Assembly (NCBI GenBank): GCA_002269645.1
Contig: NIVC01000525.1
Span: forward strand, 449,539 to 513,538
Direction: 5' to 3'
Length of the DNA: 64,000 nt
DNA from: Macrostomum lignano
Taxonomy: Eukaryota
Of this stretch, positions 57,579-64,000 are shown in pieces. A program made the position numbers and the translations under genes. The notes beneath the pieces are model-generated. The model saw only the letters and a program-made list of their open reading frames with translations, had not been told where the DNA came from and did not search any database. Each line of letters starts with the position of its first letter. The first letter of the stretch is position 1.

Positions 57579-59510
57579 TCAACAAGAGCCGCAGCTCTTT
57601 GACTTGGCGACAGTCTCGCCGGTCTGGCCAGGCTCATCGCCGTCGTGCAGTTGCAGCACAACGCCAGGCGGAGCATCCAGCAGATCGGTCCGGTCGCCGG
57701 CAATTTTGCGGGCCAGAGCCAGATTGGCCAGGTGATGAAATGCGTCGGCAACGTTTATAGCCTGAAGATGGGAGGCATTAGACATTGCCGGGTAAAAGGC
57801 GCGAGTAAAAGCTGTGCATAAGCAGGCCAATGCCTCATCATCTGATTAGTGATATTGCATAGGCACTGATATCAGATCGGAGTCGTTTTGCCAATTAGAA
57901 TTTAAGGGACAGATGAAGATCCGGCCAAATCTGAGCAGACAAATTTTGAGAATGCTGTCCAGCTGGAACTCTGAATTTTAATATACAAGTACTGTAAATA
58001 ATAAAAATAAGTGATTAAACCTGCCCCAATTGGGCCAGATGTGCAGAATCGAACCCCCGACCTTCAAGCCGTGAGTCCGACGCTCTGACCATTAGGCTAC
58101 AAGGCTACAACCCCCTCAAGCCCGGTGTATGGGTGTGGGCTTGTAGCTTTGTGTGTTACAGTATAAATATATGAGGCTACGGCACGACAATTAGGATAAA
58201 ATAGACGGCAAGATTAGCCAGTTTTAGCCAGAATTAATTAGATTTTCAATTTCCCCACCTGCTTGGCGGAGCACTCCAAGTAGGGCATGCCAAGGTTGGA
58301 GCTGCACCACCGTCTCGCACTGTCCGGCTGTACGCAGCGATGCTCCAAGTCCACTTTGTTGCCAATTAGCATAAATGGAAACTGTTCGGCCTCGCGAATC
58401 TGAGCCTCGATTGTGAACTCCTGCAGCCAGGATGTCAGAGCGGAGAAGCTGCACTGATCCGTGACGTCGTATACTGAATTGGCGGTGTGCGGCGTTCGGC
58501 GGCTTGTTAGTTCGTTTTTCAAAGTTCTTGAGAGTTTGGCTGTTCACCATTATTTGTAGTTAGGGGTCAGGCATCGGAGTAGTTGGGGTCAGGCATCGGA
58601 GTAGTTGGGGTCAGGCATTGGAGTAGTTGGGGTCAGGCATCGGAGCAGTGGGGGTCAAACTCCGGAGCAGTGGGGGTCAGACTCCGGAGCAGTGGGGGTC
58701 AGACTCCGGAGCAGTGGGGGTCAGACTCCGGAGCAGTGGGGGTCAGACTCCGGAGCAGTGGGGGTCAGACTCCAGAGCAGTGGGGGTCAGACTCCGAAGC
58801 AGTGGGGGTCAGACTCCGGAGCAGTGGGGGTCAGACTCCGGAGCAGTGGGGGTCAGACTCCAGAGCAGTGGGGGTCAGACTCCGGAGCAGTGAGGGTCAG
58901 ACTCCGGAGCAGTGGGGGTCAGACTCCGGAGCAGTGGGGGTCAGACTCCGGAGCAGTGGGGGTCAGACTCCAGAGCAGTGGGGGTCAGACTCCGGAGCAG
59001 TGGGGGTCAGACTCCAGAGCAGTGGGGGTCAGACTCCGGAGCAGTGGGGGTCAGACTCCAGAGCAGTGGGGGTCAGACTCCGGAGCAGTGGGGGTCAGAC
59101 TCCAGAGCAGTGGGGGTCAGACTCAGTAGCAGTGGGGGTCAGACTCCAGAGCAGTGGGGGTCAGACTCCGGAGCAGTGGGGGTCAGACTCCAGAGCAGTG
59201 GGGGTCAGACTCCGGAGCAGTGGGGTCAATAAGACGCCCGCTACTCACCCAGCACGCAGGCGTCGGCGCCGCGAAAGAAGGCCCGGCCAAGCGACCGGAA
59301 CCGCTCCTGGCCGGCCGTGTCCCACAGCTGCAGGGTGACCGTCTGCTTCTCCAGCTGCACCATTTTAACGAGAAAGTCCGCCCCGATTGTGGCCGTGTAT
59401 TGCCCGGTAAATCGCCGATTAACATACTGCTGCAGCAGGGAGGTCTTGCCGGCTCCGGCGTTGCCAAGGACAACCACCTTGAGCACCGTGTGCTGCAGAG
59501 TCTGGGACAT
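57579..59510 (-). CDS. Divergent Rab7-like small GTPase, 219 aa; exons 59510-59249, 58473-58259, 57761-57579
   Basis: [49 protein letters not shown] and a C-terminal CGSC. Intron 1 is at the same position and phase as in Rab7; there is an extra phase-0 intron after SAKQ. CDS is 660 nt. Confidence 0.92.
57995..58114 (-). mobile_element. Internally deleted copy of the tRNA-derived SINE, in Rab7-like intron 2
   Basis: The minus strand reads GTTGTAGCC...TCGGACTCACGGCTTGAAGGTCGGGGGTTCGATTC joined directly to TGCACATCTGGCCCAATTGGGGCAGGTTTAATCA and a T/A tail. These are the head and tail of the 32591-32848 element. Confidence 0.82.
58562..59228 (+). repeat. 22-bp minisatellite (GGGGGTCAGACTCCGGAGCAGT), Rab7-like intron 1
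   Basis: Direct reading. Confidence 0.93.
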
Positions 59511-59619
59511 TGCTTGTCAGATAGGATTGCTTCTTCTGCGGCTTCTGTCTAATCAAAATCATGCAATAAATTAATACTAGGCATTAAAATTAGCTTTCGT
59601 TCTGAAACAAAAGAACGGC

Positions 59620-60005
59620 TGGCTGCTCAGTCTGAGGATCTGGGAGGCTGGCTGCTCAGTCTGAGGATCTGGGAGGCTGGCTGCTCAGCCTGAGGATCTG
59701 GGAGGCTGGCTGCTCAGTCTGAGGATCTGGGAGGCTGGCTGCTCAGTCTGAGGATCTGGGAGGCTGGCTGCTCAGTCTGAGGATCTGGGAGGCTGGCTGC
59801 TCAGTCTGAGGATCTGGGAGGCTGGCTGCTCAGCCTGAGGATCTGGGAGGCTGGCTGCTCAGTCTGAGGATCTGGGAGGCTGGCTGCTCAGTCTGAGGAT
59901 CTGGGAGGCTGGCTGCTCAGCCTGAGGATCTGGGAGGCTGGCTGCTTAGTCTGAGGATCTGGGAGGCTGGCTGCTCAGCCTGAGGATCTGGGAGGTTGGT
60001 GGCCC
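59620..60005 (-). repeat. 29-bp minisatellite (CTGAGGATCTGGGAGGCTGGCTGCTCAGT on +), same family as 6328-6925 but inverted
   Basis: The reverse complement contains CAGCCTCCCAGATCCTCAG. Confidence 0.92.
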
Positions 60006-60509
60006 AGCAACTCTGCAGAATCTTAAGACGCTGACCTAAAAAGTTCATTAAAAACAATAAAGAAAAAAGCAATGCAAAAATAGATATTATAAAGCTCTTC
60101 AAAAGCAGTGCAAAGAGTTTGGTAGCAACAATTTTTCCTAGAAATTTCTATACTTCTTTTGTCATAACAAACCAGCCTGCCAAAATATATGGCTTGACAA
60201 TCAATCGCTGGAAACAGTAAAAGAACAGACGGTCCGGGCACCGCTGCACTAATATATTTCGTCTAGCAATGCGCTGCGCAACATAGCACGGGGCATATAC
60301 TCGTATATGTATGTGAAGATAGATAATGCACACAAAATATAACAAATGAAAACTGGGAAAACACTACTACAAAAGAGTAATTTCATTCTTCCGCGCTCAG
60401 AATATAGCTGTTCTATCTATCTCCTAGCTTCCTTCTGATTCGCTGCTGCTCTGGTGATTGGTGACAGCCAATCAGAGGGAAGTTAGGGCGGGGGAAGAGA
60501 GTGAAACGG

Positions 60510-60910
60510 GAGACACCGAAACAGAGCCCGTTCTGTGTAACTGATAAGCACCCGCTACTCGTTCTCCTCCCTCTCCTTTCATTAACATATCTATGGGTTA
60601 GATAAGCGACAGCCAATAAGAATGAAGCTAGGAAAGAGAGACCGAAACAGAGTCCGGTCCGTTTTACTGATAATAAACAACACTCTCCCCAACCTCTCTC
60701 CTCTCTTTAGCCTATCTATAGGTTAGATAAGCGGTAGCCAATAAAAATGAAGCTAGGAAAGAGAGAAAGAGAGAAAGAGAGATGAAGATAAAAACAGAGC
60801 CCGGTCCGTTTAACTGATGATAAGCAACCCCCCTCTCCTCACTCTCCTTTCGTTACCCTATCTGTGGGTTAGATAAACGACAGCCAATCAGAATGAAGCT
60901 AGAAGAGAGA
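60510..60910 (+). repeat. Three diverged 130-150-bp tandem copies (ACAGAGCCCG...ACTGATA...TATCTATGGGTTAGATAAGCGACAGCCAAT.AGAATGAAGCTAG)
   Basis: Copies start near 60520, 60645 and 60793. Each has a CCAAT and an AGATAA motif. Confidence 0.8.
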
Positions 60911-60975
60911 CACTAACTAATAAGATTTTTTTATACTAAACTTAGCTAAACAAGAAAGTGTCAACAATTAATTAG

Positions 60976-61828
60976 TCAACCACCGGCCGGATCTCGTCCG
61001 CAGAATCGCCTGTAGGCTTCCACAAAGCTGTGCCCCCTCTCCGGATCAAGGAAACTGTCACGAAATCTTGCGCCCATGTCCTCTCCGTTGGACGGATCGG
61101 ACAGCACTCCGACAGCGTCCATAGCCAGCACCGTGTTGAACAGGCGATCCAGAGCCGATTCCCTCAGGCCTGGCAAGCCGAATATATCCAGCGCCGAGCA
61201 GGGCCATTCGTTTTCCGATAGATCGTGCTGAAAGAATGGCAGAAAATCTCTGCCTAGAGAAGTCTGCGCCCTCTGCCAATTAGCATCTGTGCTCCATAGT
61301 TCAACTGCGTAGGCCGCTCTGTACAGGCAGTGCAACAGGTTCATCGCTTGCTGTCCGGCTAGCAGCTCGGACACGGCCGGCCAGTCCGGACAGCTGGAAC
61401 TGCCGTCGGACAGCAGGCGCTGTTGAATATTAGGATCCGGCCAGGTGGCCAAACAGCGAAACATGGCCGGCAGAAAGTAGGAGCGATTCTCCTGTCTGTC
61501 CGGACACAGATACGGACCCATGGCCGGATGGCCGGTCAGCTGTTGCAGCACGGCGGCCAGGCGCTCGGCCATAATGGCCGAATCTGTGTTAGCTACGATA
61601 GGCAGGTCCCAGGCCTGGTAGGCCACGGGCTGCTGCTGCTGATCGCTGCTGCCGGCGTACAGCCTTTCTAAGCAGCCCGTGCCGCCTAGGAATGGGTAAA
61701 CCACCTGCCACATGGGGTTGGGGGAGAGAGAAGGGTTGGAGATGCACCTAAAATTCTAATTGGCTTTGGGATACACGGGCAGACAAGTAGACAGGCAGAC
61801 AAAAAAACAGACACAGACACACTAAGAA

Positions 61829-61897
<69 letters not shown>

Positions 61898-62750
61898 CTA
61901 AGACAGACAGACACTAAGACTGACACAGACACTAAGACAGGCACAGTGAGACAGACACAGACAGTGAGACAGACACTAAGACTGACACAGACACTAAGAC
62001 AGGCACAGTGAGACAGACACAGACAGTGAGATAGACAAAGACAGTGAGACAGACACTAAGACAGACGCAAACACTAAGACAGGCACAGTGAGACAGACAC
62101 TAAGACAGACGCAAACACCAAGACAGGCACAGTGAGACAGACACTAAGACAGACGCCAACACCAAGACAGGCACAGTGAGACAGACACAGACAGTGAGAT
62201 AGACACAGACAGTGAGACAGACACTAAGACAGACGCAAACACTAAGACAGGCACAGTGAGACAGACACTAAGACAGACGCAAACACCAAGACAGGCACAG
62301 TGAGACAGACAGACCCACACCAACCTTGCGCATTCGTCCGCCGGACAGCCAGACCAGGCGGCCCAGCAGAGCGCCTTGGCCAGTCTCGCCGTTTGCATCG
62401 AGCCGCCTCAGATCGAACACTTCAGCATTATGATGCGGATGCAGCGGCCCAGCTTCGCCAGTGGCCTTGGCATTGGCCTCGAATGACAAGCCGAATAACT
62501 GTCTGATCAGATCGAACCAGTTCTGCCTGAGCTGGGCCATGGGCACAGCAGGCGGATAGCTGTGCTCAGCCAGCAGCCGCCGTTGCCAATACTCCCAGTC
62601 CCACGGCTGCAGAGGGCCGTCTGTGAGGCCGCCGTTGTCTTGGGCGAAGTCGCTGACCCGATTGAAATGATCCAACGCGATTGGCTGATAGCGGCGCTTC
62701 AGAACTTCAAGAAGGTCGACCACAGACTGAGCCGACTGGGGCAGGCCGTC
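60976..62750 (-). CDS. M3A (oligopeptidase A/thimet-type) peptidase homologue, 3' part only; exons 62750-62325 and 61704-60976; probably catalytically inactive
   Basis: [12 protein letters not shown]...[13 protein letters not shown]...AEVFDL and G-RFRDSFL...[11 protein letters not shown] match the M3A family (compare OpdA LEPWDIAYY and GQSFLDNIL...FKRFRGREP). Phase-0 GT-AG splicing is consistent. Upstream exons lie beyond the window end. Confidence 0.78.
61790..62312. repeat. (GACA)n-derived compound repeat (CACTAAGACAGGCACAGTGAGACAG), M3 intron
   Basis: Direct reading. Confidence 0.88.
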
Positions 62751-62774
62751 CTGCAGTCGGAAAGGATGGCAAAC

Positions 62775-64000
62775 TACACGAAAATCTGCCAGATTCATTA
62801 CAAACTGCACAAGAAAATCTGCCAGATTCATTACAAACTGCACAAGAAAATCTGCCAGATTCATTACAAACTGCACAAGAAAATCTGCCAGATTCATTAC
62901 AAACTGCACAAGAAAATCTGCCACATTCATTACAAACTGCACAAGAAAATCTGCCAGATTCATTACAAACTGCACAAGAAAATCTGCCAGATTCATTACA
63001 AACTGCACAAGAAAATCTGCCAGATTCATTACAAACTGCACAAGAAAATCTGCCAGATTCATTACAAACTGCACAAGAAAATCTGCCAGATTCATTACAA
63101 ACTACACGAAAATCTGCCAGATTCATTACAAACTACACGAAAATCTGCCACATTCATTACAAACTGCACAAGAAAATCTGCCACATTCATTACAAACTAC
63201 ACGAAAATCTGCCAGATTCATTACAAACTACACGAAAATCTGCCACATTCATTACAAACTGCACAAGAAAATCTGCCACATTCATTACAAACTACACGAA
63301 AATCTGCCAGATTCATTACAAACTACACGAAAATCTGCCAGATTCATTACAAACTGCACAAGAAAATCTGCCAGATTCATTACAAACTGCACAAGAAAAT
63401 CTGCCAGATTCATTACAAACTGCACAAGAAAATCTGCCAGATTCATTACAAACTGCACAAGAAAATCTGTCAGATTCATTACAAACTGCACAAGAAAATC
63501 TGTCAGATTCATTACAAACTGCACAAGAAAATCTGCCAGATTCATTACAAACTGCACAAGAAAATCTGCCAGATTCATTACAAACTGCACAAGAAAATCT
63601 GCCAGATTCATTACAAACTGCACAAGAAAATCTGCCAGATTCATTACAAACTGCACAAGAAAATCTGCCAGATTCATTACAAACTGCACAAGAAAATCTG
63701 TCAGATTTATTACAAACTGCACCCAGCTAGCCAAACATTTCACTATAAGCTACACATATTGAAATCTGCCACATTCATTACAAACTACACCCAGCTAGCC
63801 AAACATTTCACTATAAGCTACACATATTGAAATCTGCCACATTCATTACAAACTACACCCAGCTAGCCAAACATTTCACTATAAGCTACACACATTGAAA
63901 TCTGCCAAATGCATTACAATCTACACCCAGCTAACCAAACATTTCACTATAAGCTACACACATTGAAATCTGCCACATTCATTACAATCTACACCCAGCT
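62775..64000 (+). repeat. 33-bp minisatellite (GAAAATCTGCCAGATTCATTACAAACTGCACAA) switching to a 68-bp unit from about 63722
   Basis: Direct reading. The 68-bp spacing is seen at CCCAGCT 63722, 63790 and 63858. Confidence 0.94.

Overview
Eukaryotic (animal) genomic DNA, not prokaryotic. GC-rich exons are separated by GT-AG introns, most of which are filled with a tandem repeat. The style suggests a repeat-rich invertebrate such as the flatworm Macrostomum; this is inference only. I assembled spliced gene models by hand and checked intron phases. On the + strand: a glutaredoxin-like (DUF836/C5orf63-type) gene, an IRF-family gene (DNA-binding domain only), Nup155 (9 exons), SUMF1/FGE (4 exons, one -1 frameshift) and a full-length ABCB1/P-glycoprotein (12 coding exons, with two alternative 35-nt start-codon exons). 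On the - strand: Rab7, a tandem divergent Rab7-like paralogue, and the 3' end of an M3-family peptidase homologue that lacks its zinc-binding motifs. Mobile DNA includes a tRNA-derived SINE (one full and one internally deleted copy), two hAT-type MITEs and one further inverted-repeat element. Most long ORFs in the supplied track are translations of tandem repeats. I found no single clear-cut new multi-gene system. The best leads are the duplicated alternative start exons of ABCB1, the M3 pseudo-peptidase, the Rab7 paralogue pair, the intron-filling minisatellites with a shared CCAGATCC core, and a G-quadruplex array.
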